Shown piece by piece: positions 8,081 to 16,503 of a DNA stretch of 53,970 nucleotides. This DNA comes from Pyrinomonadaceae bacterium (lineage in GTDB: Bacteria > Acidobacteriota > Blastocatellia > Pyrinomonadales > Pyrinomonadaceae), in contig DATLVM010000223.1 of NCBI GenBank assembly GCA_035577445.1, positions 1 to 53,970 of the forward strand, in the 5' to 3' direction. Every line of letters begins with the position of its first letter. The stretch's first letter is position 1. A program made the translations under genes and the position numbers. A model generated the notes under the pieces. The model saw nothing but the letters and a program-made list of their open reading frames with translations, had not been told where the DNA came from and made no database searches.

Positions 8081-8434
8081 GATTCCCTACGACAATAGTC
8101 CCGTCGCGTCTACGCCAACCGCCCAATTTAGCCGCTTGAGTAGCGGTAACTATGATGGAAACCAGGGAAAAGTTCACCAACTATGAGAATCCAGAATCAA
8201 TAACTTTGAGAAAGTGCCCGTAAGTTGTTGTACCCTCGTCAACCAGATTTCAATAACTATGAGAACCTAGAAATAATAATGTCGGTTCTCAAAGTTAGTG
8301 ATATCCGCACCATAGTTAGAGATATCCTTCTCGTCGTTAGCGATTCCGTGGTGTTGAGTCGGCCAAAAAATTAATCTCAGCCGAGGTTTTTCGCAGACGT
8401 GCGGAAAGAAATCACGCAAGCCAGAAAGGAAACG

Positions 8435-9508
8435 ATGTCAACCACAATAAGTCCAGATTCAGCTCCTACGATTAGCTCTCTCAGTCCGGGAAACGGCCCA
8501 GTAACTGGTGGAACGACCGTAACAATTAAAGGTCAGAATTTCGTGTCAGAATGCAAAGTGACTTTCGGCAAGGCGGAAGCGCAAATCAAAATCTTCCGCA
8601 GTAGCCAATTGTCCGTAATTACGCCGCCGCAGTCGACCACTGGAGAATTTGATGTGACGGTCGTCAATCCGGGCGGGCAACATGGCACATTGAAAAATGG
8701 TTTTGTTTACCAGGTCCCGCCGCCCCCGGTGATCGGCTCGATTAACCCGACACATGGACCTCAAGGCGGGGGAACGCAAACAACAATCTCGGGCCAGAAT
8801 TTCGTAAACGGATGCAAAGCGGTGTTCGGTGGCATGGAAGCGCCCGTGGTTTTCGTGAGCAGCACGCAACTCTCTGTTATTACACCGCAGCAGACAAGTG
8901 CGGGAGTGGTTAAGGTGGAGGTGGTGAATCCCGACCTGCAAGCCGGAGTGTTGCCGAGTGCTTTTCAGTACGATCCGCCGCCGATCATCCTTGAATTGGT
9001 CCCCAACAGCGGACCGGTGGCTGGCGGGACGCAAGTAACCATTCAGGGGCAGAACTTTGCAGCAAAATGCAAAGCGATTTTCGGCAGAGATGAAGCCGCA
9101 ACGACTTTCAATTCCGCTAACCAGCTATCCGCCATCACCCCGGCACAAAAGAACGCGGGATCGGTTAGTGTGAAAGTGGTTAATCCGGACGGGCAATCGG
9201 CAGTCATTCCGAATAGTTTTCAATATGAGAACCCACCGGCGCCCGCGCCCGTGATCACCTCAATCAACCCAAGCAGCGGAACCTTTGGGACAATAGTGAC
9301 CATTCGAGGGGAAAACTTCGAATACCCATGCACGGTATTATTCGGCAAGGTTCTGACCATCGCACCGCCACCCCGCAACGGCTCCGAATTGGAAGTGAGC
9401 GTACCGGGGCAGCGAACCGCCGGACCGGTCGATGTAACGGTAATCAATCCGGGTGGGGAGTCCAGCACCTTGCCGAATGCTTTTCAGTACAACGAGGACG
9501 ATACGTAA
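8435..9508 (+). CDS. IPT/TIG repeat protein (four tandem ~90-aa Ig-like repeats)
   Basis: Four repeats of the pattern I-x-S-(L/I)-x-P-x-x-G-P-x-x-GGT-x-V/T-TI-x-GQNF ... C-K-x-x-FG ... L-S-(V/A)-ITP ... V-x-V-VNP. ATG at 8435 lies after AAAGGAAAC; the GTG at 8399 in the ORF track is less likely. Confidence 0.8.
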   Translation: MSTTISPDSAPTISSLSPGNGPVTGGTTVTIKGQNFVSECKVTFGKAEAQIKIFRSSQLSVITPPQSTTGEFDVTVVNPGGQHGTLKNGFVYQVPPPPVIGSINPTHGPQGGGTQTTISGQNFVNGCKAVFGGMEAPVVFVSSTQLSVITPQQTSAGVVKVEVVNPDLQAGVLPSAFQYDPPPIILELVPNSGPVAGGTQVTIQGQNFAAKCKAIFGRDEAATTFNSANQLSAITPAQKNAGSVSVKVVNPDGQSAVIPNSFQYENPPAPAPVITSINPSSGTFGTIVTIRGENFEYPCTVLFGKVLTIAPPPRNGSELEVSVPGQRTAGPVDVTVINPGGESSTLPNAFQYNEDDT

Positions 9509-9738
9509 CGGCGTTCGCTCCAGATTCTTCACATTCTCGCAACACTTCTGACGCCAGCCGTTAGTATGCCAGGCTTTACAATGCTCGCGCAGAGCTATCT
9601 TAATTCCCCTTTTTCATCGCCCCTCCACACAAACTGAAGCCGAGGCTTTTGTCGTCTGAACTTGCAACGTTGTTCCGCGAATCTCGCTGACGAGTAATGT
9701 TGCCGCAGCGGCCGAATCCGCGCGCAGAGGCAAGAAAC

Positions 9739-10167
9739 ATGAACAATCGGACGCTGGCGTATGCGCTCGCGCGAATCGCTTACGGAATAACCTTTCTTTT
9801 TTACGGCATCGGGAAATTCAGAGGCGGTCTTTCGAATTTTGTCGGCGGCATGAATCAACAGTTCTCTGGCAAATTGCCGGCCGCGATGGTCATGCCGTTT
9901 GCCTATTTCATTCCGTTTGCCGAGACGATTTCCGGTGCGCTGATTTTGCTCGGTTTGTTTACTCGCGTGGGACTCACACTCTCTGGCGTCTTGCTGATTG
10001 GTTTGACGTTTGGCCTCGTCATACTGGGGCAAGCGCAAATCGTAGCTCACAACCTGCAATACATTCTGCTGAATTTTGTGCTGCTGTGGTTTGTCGACTT
10101 CAATTCGATTTCGATTGATTCATTGATTAGCAAACGACCCGCCGTGGGGTTTACACGTTCGGCATAG
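9739..10167 (+). CDS. DoxX family membrane protein
   Basis: Four hydrophobic helices. N-terminus LARIAYGITFLFYGIGKF is typical of DoxX. ATG at 9739 is chosen over the upstream ORF-track start. Confidence 0.7.
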   Translation: MNNRTLAYALARIAYGITFLFYGIGKFRGGLSNFVGGMNQQFSGKLPAAMVMPFAYFIPFAETISGALILLGLFTRVGLTLSGVLLIGLTFGLVILGQAQIVAHNLQYILLNFVLLWFVDFNSISIDSLISKRPAVGFTRSA

Positions 10168-10190
10168 TCAAAGTTGGAAAGGGATGGGGT

Positions 10191-10850
10191 ATGAGATTCA
10201 GAGTCTGCGTTCTGCCGTTATTGCTTTCTAGTCTGGTCGCTCTCATAGCTTCACCGAATCCCACGACTTCCGCGCGAGCTAGTAATGCACAACCTGCGGG
10301 TACGACTCGCTATCGCCTCGATCCATCGCAGAGTAAATTCGTCGCGCATGCTCTGCCCGGTGGCTTGCTCTGGTTCAAGGGTCACGATCATTTGGTGGCA
10401 GCGCGCGAGTTTAGCGGCGAAGCCGAATTGACCACCGACACCATCAATCCTGCGTCACTGTTGTTGGTCGTCAAGTCCGATTCTATGGGTGAGACAAACG
10501 CGGTCTTCACCGATCAGCAGAAACAGATCATCGACAAAGAGCTGCGCGAGATAGTTTTGTTGCCGGCGCGATATCCGGACATCACGTTCAAGAGCACGGA
10601 GGTGAAGGGCAAACCCGGGAGCAATGAGTACGATTTGAAAATCGGTGGTGACTTAACCTTGCTCGGCGTGACACGTCATATCGAAATCCCCACGCACGTG
10701 ACAATCAGCGGAAATGATTTGCGCGCGCGCGGCGAGTTCTCGATCGACCGCTCCGACTTCAAAGTGAAAGCCACTTCCGCCTTTCACGGCATGATTCGTG
10801 TCCGCAATAAGATCAAATTCAGTTTCGATATAGTCGGTCATCAAATTTAA
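10191..10850 (+). CDS. YceI-like periplasmic protein
   Basis: Signal peptide present. YceI-like pattern: YRLDPSQSKFVAHA ... YPDITFKSTEV ... GDLTLLGVTRHIEIP ... FSIDRSDFKV. DoxX-YceI adjacency is common. Confidence 0.75.
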   Translation: MRFRVCVLPLLLSSLVALIASPNPTTSARASNAQPAGTTRYRLDPSQSKFVAHALPGGLLWFKGHDHLVAAREFSGEAELTTDTINPASLLLVVKSDSMGETNAVFTDQQKQIIDKELREIVLLPARYPDITFKSTEVKGKPGSNEYDLKIGGDLTLLGVTRHIEIPTHVTISGNDLRARGEFSIDRSDFKVKATSAFHGMIRVRNKIKFSFDIVGHQI

Positions 10851-10915
10851 GAGAGCCGGAGACGCGGGTTGCCATCCGCATTGTTGTGCTGGCGGCGGAA
10901 CTTCGGAGGTGAAGT

Positions 10916-12481
10916 CTACCTTCCCATGCCGATCTTTTTGATAAACGATGCGATGGCTTCGTCCGCCGCTTGCGGCTGATCGTCAAGCACGAGCATCCGC
11001 GCGTTGGGAATTTTCACCAGCTCAAGCTGCAGGTGTTTCGGCACCAGTGTCTCCCATGAATCCAGGAACGCCGGCTTTGCAAACGCGTTCGCCGGATCGG
11101 CCAGGAACTTCTCGTCAAAGGTCGGCACTAATGCCAGAATCGGTACGCGCAATTTCGCAAAACCCTGCGTCACATCTGAAGCCCAGAATTCACAGAGATA
11201 GCGAATCTTTACTTCCAGCGGCGCCGCCTCAAGTTCGTCCCAAGCCGTCTGTGCTCGCGTCGCATCGACGCTTAACAACTGTTGTCTCAAATCGCCATTC
11301 TTCCATGTTTCGGGTGTTACAAACTTGAACCACTTGCCGGCCCAACTCTCGTCGACGAAAGCGCCGCGGTCGGAATAAGCGATGGGCGTCTTGCGTGTCG
11401 GATCGGTCGGCGCCGCGAAGAATTGCACCAGGTTCGTGCCGGCGAGGACGACGCCACCAATCTGTTCGGGATGTTCAATCGCCAGCTCGATGGCCGCCTG
11501 CGCCGCCGGTTGACGTTCCGCAACGATCACGGGATGACTCAACTTTTCTTTGCGGATGAGATCGAGAATGTCCTGCTCGAGCCTGCGCGTCCAAGTGAGT
11601 TCGCTGAAGCTGGCGCCTGCCGCAGGCGTAGCGCGCGCCGGCGTTCCATTAAGTCCCGGCGGCGTGAGGAGAAAGATTTTGTATTGCGATTGATTTCGAG
11701 CGATGAAGCTCTCGAACGACCTGTTGCCCGAATACATTCCCGGCACCAGAATGAGAGCCTGTTTGCCCTGACCCGTCTTCGTGATCCTGGGCGGACGATT
11801 GCCCGGAAGCATCTGATAGTCTTTCGGCAGCGCGAGATTGTTGCGACTCACGTCGATCTCGCGTACTCCCGGCGTAGACTTTGACAGATCAATCGCCACA
11901 GATCCGGCATTGGGAAGGTCATCGTTGGTTTGTTGATTCGAGCCGACTGATGCGATCAATTTCATGGTCATCTTGTCGGTGATGTCGGTGCGCTTGACGC
12001 CGACGACAATCGCATCGCCCTCGACCCGAATTTGCAGATTGTTCTGATGCAGATTGGCCAGTTGCTTCGCGTTGACTCCGGCCACGTCAGCTACGCCGAC
12101 CGTTCCTGCAAAGCCGTTGGCAGCTCGCGTCACATTAGCCGTGACCAGCCGGTCGAATTTGAAAGTCTTGTTTGCTCCCCACCAATTGGCCTTGGTTGAA
12201 TCATCGCCGCCGGTGTCGATCGCGATGTTCACACCGAACGCGTCTTTGTTCGGTCGCCCGTAAAGCGCGATGCGGAACCAGAGCGTGTCCTGCTCTTTCT
12301 CATAGCGATAGGCGAGCTGGGCGGCGTCGGGCAGAGAAGGATCGCGGCCATCGCCTTTCGCGTCGAAGGTCACCGCCGAATAAATCTGCGCGTTTGCGAT
12401 TGCGGGCAAGGCCACAATCAAGGCGACGCAAAGCGTAGCCAACGCAATCCGCGTTAAGCGTCGACGTTGATGATTTGTCAT
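10916..12481 (-). CDS. secreted alpha/beta-hydrolase-fold protein with N-terminal beta-rich domain
   Basis: Signal peptide (LATLCVALIVALPAIANAQ). The C-terminal half has an alpha/beta hydrolase layout (ALILVPGMYSG ... VIVAERQPAAQAAIELA ... VLAGTN). The nucleophile motif is atypical. Confidence 0.55.
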   Translation of the reverse strand: MTNHQRRRLTRIALATLCVALIVALPAIANAQIYSAVTFDAKGDGRDPSLPDAAQLAYRYEKEQDTLWFRIALYGRPNKDAFGVNIAIDTGGDDSTKANWWGANKTFKFDRLVTANVTRAANGFAGTVGVADVAGVNAKQLANLHQNNLQIRVEGDAIVVGVKRTDITDKMTMKLIASVGSNQQTNDDLPNAGSVAIDLSKSTPGVREIDVSRNNLALPKDYQMLPGNRPPRITKTGQGKQALILVPGMYSGNRSFESFIARNQSQYKIFLLTPPGLNGTPARATPAAGASFSELTWTRRLEQDILDLIRKEKLSHPVIVAERQPAAQAAIELAIEHPEQIGGVVLAGTNLVQFFAAPTDPTRKTPIAYSDRGAFVDESWAGKWFKFVTPETWKNGDLRQQLLSVDATRAQTAWDELEAAPLEVKIRYLCEFWASDVTQGFAKLRVPILALVPTFDEKFLADPANAFAKPAFLDSWETLVPKHLQLELVKIPNARMLVLDDQPQAADEAIASFIKKIGMGR

Positions 12482-12544
12482 GGCAGTCCTCAGGTTGAAA
12501 CTACGAGACTGCGCGCTAAAAGGTTTTCGAAGGAGATTGGCTCG

Positions 12545-13783
12545 TCAGGCGCGAGTGCGGAGTCGCGGCGGCCGAACCCCGCTCCGCTCATAAATTCGCC
12601 GGCCTTTCCAGGTCACGCCCTTGCCGGTTGTAATTCTGATACTGGAATCAAACAACATCGCGTAGAGCAGACTCAGGCCAAGCGGAGCAGTCAGAGCATA
12701 GGCCGGAGAAACTTCGGAGCGGATGCTCGACATCGCCAGGACAATAACCTGTAGCAACCATGACAACGCGGCGGGAATGATCAAGAGCCGAAGGTCTGGG
12801 CTCGCGCCAGCCGTTATTCCAATCGCCGACGCCAACGCAATCAAGGGCGGGACGAGAGCCATTAAATACATCGAGCAGACGCAGACCAACGCGAACGGAA
12901 GTGAGAACTTAACTCCTGAAAACCAGTTTTTGGTACTGCACTCCCACATCTCGCCGAAGTTTCGATACATGCGTGTGCTGAGGAGATCCGGCGCGTATTC
13001 CGTAAGCAAACGGGCACCGGAACGCTTGATCATCTCAGCCAGGCGCACGTCTTCCATTACTTCATCACGCAAAGCTTCGTAACCGCCGACGCGTTCAAGC
13101 ACGGTGCGGCGCATCAGAAAGAAGCCGCCCATGCCGACAGCTCCGTGCGTCTTGGGGCTACTGATGCGATAGGCCAAACTAAAGATCAGCAGCACCCAAC
13201 CCCAGGTCGGGATCATCACGCGCTCCCAAAAAGAGCCGGCTTCAAAACGCGGGATCAACGTCATCGCATCGCCCTTTTCTGTCAGGATGCGATCCACTGC
13301 GGTGCGCAGAGCTGCCTTGTCAAAGATCATGTCTGCATCGGTTGCCAGTATCCATTCGCCGCGCGCGGGGGCGAGCGCTTGCTGCATGGCGTAGGGCTTC
13401 CCCAACCATCCGGCAGGTAAATCTTCGCCTGTAATTACACGCAGACGTGGATCGCATTTCGCGAACGATTCCAAAATCGTCCCGGTGGCGTCGGTCGAGC
13501 GATCATTGATAGCAATGACTTCAAACGATCCGTAGTCTTGAGCAAGAATTGAGCGGATACAGTCTGCGAGGACACGGTGTTCTTCGTTGCGAGCAGGAAC
13601 CAGGACCGAGACGAGCGGCACATCGCTCGCCGTCAGCCGCGAATCATTCAATCGCGACAAGTGCTTCTGCCGGTAGAGGCCATAAGCCGTAAGCACAACA
13701 CTCCCGACCCAGGCGAGAAAAAGAAGCGAGGCAAAGCCGGTCACGATCGCCAGCGCGTTTGATGCAAAAGAAACTGTGGGCAT
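12545..13783 (-). CDS. family 2 glycosyltransferase, membrane-bound
   Basis: Motifs: VSVLVPARNEE, EVIAINDRSTD, ATDADM (DxD). There are several C-terminal TM helices. The start is reset to ATG 13783 (MPTVSF...) because the 14011 start overlaps the neighbouring gene. Confidence 0.8.
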   Translation of the reverse strand: MPTVSFASNALAIVTGFASLLFLAWVGSVVLTAYGLYRQKHLSRLNDSRLTASDVPLVSVLVPARNEEHRVLADCIRSILAQDYGSFEVIAINDRSTDATGTILESFAKCDPRLRVITGEDLPAGWLGKPYAMQQALAPARGEWILATDADMIFDKAALRTAVDRILTEKGDAMTLIPRFEAGSFWERVMIPTWGWVLLIFSLAYRISSPKTHGAVGMGGFFLMRRTVLERVGGYEALRDEVMEDVRLAEMIKRSGARLLTEYAPDLLSTRMYRNFGEMWECSTKNWFSGVKFSLPFALVCVCSMYLMALVPPLIALASAIGITAGASPDLRLLIIPAALSWLLQVIVLAMSSIRSEVSPAYALTAPLGLSLLYAMLFDSSIRITTGKGVTWKGRRIYERSGVRPPRLRTRA

Positions 13784-13863
13784 GAAGTGTGTATTAACCC
13801 GGTGGCGATCTCCATCTTTCAGGATCGCGACGAACGCCTTACTTACGCGCGGGCGATTGCCGG

Positions 13864-14610
13864 TTACTGGGCCATCGCACGCTTCAGGGCATCGGGCAGT
13901 TGCGATCGATTCGCGGGAAAGGTTCGGTTGATGCGGCTGTTCATCTTCAGGGCGACGTAGACGCTGCCGTCGTTCGTATCGATCGCCAGAATAGCTTCCT
14001 CGATCGTGCATGAATGCGCCATGCAGCCGCGCGTGATGAGTACGTCGCCGTCGGCCTCAAACGGAACTTCGACCTGCATCCGATCGGTGAAGGCTTTGTA
14101 ATTTGCGCCGAGCAATTGACGCAGCCGAGTTTTGATCGCGGGGACACGGCGAAAGAGATCGCTCGGATATTTTCCCGCGTACGCACCGAGGTTAGCGTCG
14201 TGCGGACTCGCTTGACCGCGTGGCAAGGCTTCGACTTTGACGGTGATCGGGCCGCTCCAGGGATCGGCCATCATGCTTTCGCCGACAGAGATCTTATAGT
14301 CACCGGTCTCGTCGGTGTTGCCATCAAAAATCACCCCGCCGGGACCACCCTCCTGCTTTCCCGACGGCCAAATCAACATGCCGCGCGTCGGCCCGCGCGC
14401 ATCGATCTCGACCCGAATATGCTGGCCACTGTTGAGTCGTACGACGAAGAACGCACGGTCGCGCATACCGCGCAAGTATCCTGACGCGCGCCCGACTGTT
14501 GCCGCGCGCGCAAAGACGATTCGGCGCGGAGACTTCTCAGTTTGTGCCGACGCGCTGATGATTGCGGCACAAACGATGATGACGATGGCGAAGGATTTTC
14601 TAACGTTCAT
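13864..14610 (-). CDS. secreted hypothetical protein; C-terminus weakly Ivy-like (C-x2-H-x-C)
   Basis: Signal peptide (FAIVIIVCAAIISASAQ). The C-terminal GCMAHSCTIEEAILAID resembles the CKPHDC region of lysozyme-inhibitor Ivy proteins, but only weakly. Confidence 0.5.
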   Translation of the reverse strand: MNVRKSFAIVIIVCAAIISASAQTEKSPRRIVFARAATVGRASGYLRGMRDRAFFVVRLNSGQHIRVEIDARGPTRGMLIWPSGKQEGGPGGVIFDGNTDETGDYKISVGESMMADPWSGPITVKVEALPRGQASPHDANLGAYAGKYPSDLFRRVPAIKTRLRQLLGANYKAFTDRMQVEVPFEADGDVLITRGCMAHSCTIEEAILAIDTNDGSVYVALKMNSRINRTFPANRSQLPDALKRAMAQ

Positions 14611-14628
14611 CGGGGGAATTCCTTAGAA

Positions 14629-14700
14629 AGTGTCAGAAGCCCGACGACAGGGAGGCAACTTGCGCAGCGAGCCCTCCCTGACGTCGGGCTTCTGACACTT
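14629..14700. repeat. REP-like palindromic element, GTGTCAGAAGCCCGAC family
   Basis: Left arm AGTGTCAGAAGCCCGACGACAGGGAGG and right arm CCTCCCTGACGTCGGGCTTCTGACACT form a ~70-nt hairpin between two minus-strand genes. Confidence 0.85.
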
Positions 14701-14704
14701 CACA

Positions 14705-15724
14705 TTACTTATAGCTAATCACCACGCGCTCGATGGTGGGCGGCAGTTCATGCATTTCACTGCGCGCGAATCCTGCATTCGCGGCCATCTCCTGCAGCTC
14801 GGCAAAGGTGTAAGCATCGCCGCCGGGTGTGCCTCCAAGCATCTGCATGGCGAACGCAGCGGCCTGTGGCGGAGTGATTCGATCATCGTTCGGCACAAAC
14901 TCGAGCGCGACCGCGCGACCGCCCTCCCCTAAGGCTGAATGCACTTTGCGTAAGAGCCATTCGCAAGTCGGCTTATCGAAGTGATGCAGAAAATTCGTGA
15001 GCAGGACCACGTCAAAGTCTGTACCATAGTCAACATCGAATGCGCTGCCTGGGTTCGTATGGTATCGATTATTCACGCTTGCTTTCGCGGCATTTTCTTT
15101 GGCAACTTCGAGCACCACTGGCCAATCGACTGCCGTGACCTCGACCTGCGGATTCTGTTTCGCGAAAGCGATTCCGTAAAGGCCATGACCCGCCGCGATG
15201 TCCAGCACACGCAGCTTTGTATCCTTCGCGGGATCGACTAACTGCGCCATCAACTGTGATGGGAGAGCCATCATCGGCGCCATCGCCCGCGCGAAACGCA
15301 CCCACATCGGATGACTCGGCTCTAGGGCGGTGTCGCTGACACATCCACCGTTCCGCACGGCCTCAGTCAACCGATCAAAGTTGTCCATGATGTAATCCGA
15401 CAAGATGAAATCGGTGACCGTGCCCATGTATGCTGGCGATCGCTGGTCGAGAAACATCGCCGAGTCCTGCGTGAGTGCGTACTTGTCGTCCTGCTTTGTC
15501 AGGAACCCAATGATAGTCAGGAAATCGCAGAGAATGCGCGTGCCCCGCTCAGACGCGCCGCAGCGCTCCGCGATCTCTTTTGCCGTAGTTTTGCCTTCGC
15601 CGATGGCGGTGAATAGTTCAAGCTCGATGGCAGTTTTAATCGCCTGGCTCCGTTGATAGCCGTTCAGAGTGTCGAATATTAGTCCGGGTGATGGTTGTCT
15701 GGTTTGTTGTGGTTCAGTAGACAT
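14705..15724 (-). CDS. class I SAM-dependent O-methyltransferase (dimerisation domain + Methyltransf_2-like)
   Basis: SAM motif VLDIAAGHG, then AVDWP, then NFLHHF. The N-terminal winged-helix dimerisation region is typical of small-molecule O-methyltransferases. Confidence 0.8.
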   Translation of the reverse strand: MSTEPQQTRQPSPGLIFDTLNGYQRSQAIKTAIELELFTAIGEGKTTAKEIAERCGASERGTRILCDFLTIIGFLTKQDDKYALTQDSAMFLDQRSPAYMGTVTDFILSDYIMDNFDRLTEAVRNGGCVSDTALEPSHPMWVRFARAMAPMMALPSQLMAQLVDPAKDTKLRVLDIAAGHGLYGIAFAKQNPQVEVTAVDWPVVLEVAKENAAKASVNNRYHTNPGSAFDVDYGTDFDVVLLTNFLHHFDKPTCEWLLRKVHSALGEGGRAVALEFVPNDDRITPPQAAAFAMQMLGGTPGGDAYTFAELQEMAANAGFARSEMHELPPTIERVVISYK

Positions 15725-15802
15725 GAATTCGGCCCCTTTCGTTTTATGAAGATGGATTAGGGGAAGCGAAAATCTAACGAATAACGCGACGATTGTCTAA
15801 CG

Positions 15803-15890
15803 GTGTCAGAACCGGAGCAGTGAGAAGCCCGAGCGTTAGCGAGGGCTCGCCACGCGAGGGGCCCTCGCTAACGCTCGGGCTTCTGACACT
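15803..15890. repeat. REP-like palindromic element, same family as 14629..14700
   Basis: Sequence reads GTGTCAGAACCGGAGCAGTGAGAAGCCCGAGCGTTAGCGAGGGC ... GCCCTCGCTAACGCTCGGGCTTCTGACAC. It abuts the stop codon of the lipoprotein gene. Confidence 0.85.
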
Positions 15891-16488
15891 AGTTCAGCTT
15901 CAGCGAAACGGGTTGAGCGAGGCCTTCAATCGTTAGGGTTAGTTCTTTTGGGGATGCCACCGGCTCTTTCTTCGCGGTTTGAAAGATCAGAATGCCTTGG
16001 CGTTTGGTTTCCGTGGATGCGAAAGGTGTCTTGAGATCGAACTCGTACGCGCGGAATTCCTTCTCAAAAGTTTTGCGCGAATTCGGATTGTAGGCGAAGA
16101 CGTCGTTGGCCTTCAGAATGCGCGAGATGGCCGCCTTCGCAGAAATCAATTTCCAATCCGAACTCGAAGCATCGTGCAGACGAAACTTGAGCTTCTTGAA
16201 TTCAATCGGATTACCGCCGTTGTGAATTACCTCCAAACGAATGGGCAACAAACCGGCGAGCTGCAGGTTCGATTCGAACAGTTCCTGTGTTTCTTCGTCG
16301 GTCAACAGGGGCGCGGCGCGAAACGTGATGACTCCGACGTTGGCACTGGCCGCCGAAGCGGATAGCGGCGGAAGCGCGCCGGCTGGCTTAACTTTGAACA
16401 GGGATTTACTGCACGAAGCGTGCAAAAGCAGCAGAGACAACAAGAGCGCGAGCGAAGCGATTGATCGATACTTCGTCGCGCCCTTCAT
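15889..16488 (-). CDS. probable lipoprotein, unknown function
   Basis: Signal peptide ends in LLLHASC, a near-lipobox with Cys. No other motif recognised. Confidence 0.55.
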   Translation of the reverse strand: MKGATKYRSIASLALLLSLLLLHASCSKSLFKVKPAGALPPLSASAASANVGVITFRAAPLLTDEETQELFESNLQLAGLLPIRLEVIHNGGNPIEFKKLKFRLHDASSSDWKLISAKAAISRILKANDVFAYNPNSRKTFEKEFRAYEFDLKTPFASTETKRQGILIFQTAKKEPVASPKELTLTIEGLAQPVSLKLN

Positions 16489-16503
16489 GATTTTCGATTG
16501 GAA

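Noticed and set aside
9595-10059. 154-aa minus-strand ORF antisense to the DoxX gene
   Set aside because: It is an Arg/Gln-rich shadow frame. The plus-strand product has a clear four-helix DoxX pattern.
13784-14011. Long N-terminal extension of the GT2 gene (MHDRGSYSGDRYERRQ...)
   Set aside because: It overlaps the 3' end of the neighbouring secreted-protein gene, and it is Arg-rich and non-hydrophobic. The membrane-anchored enzyme starts plausibly at ATG 13783.
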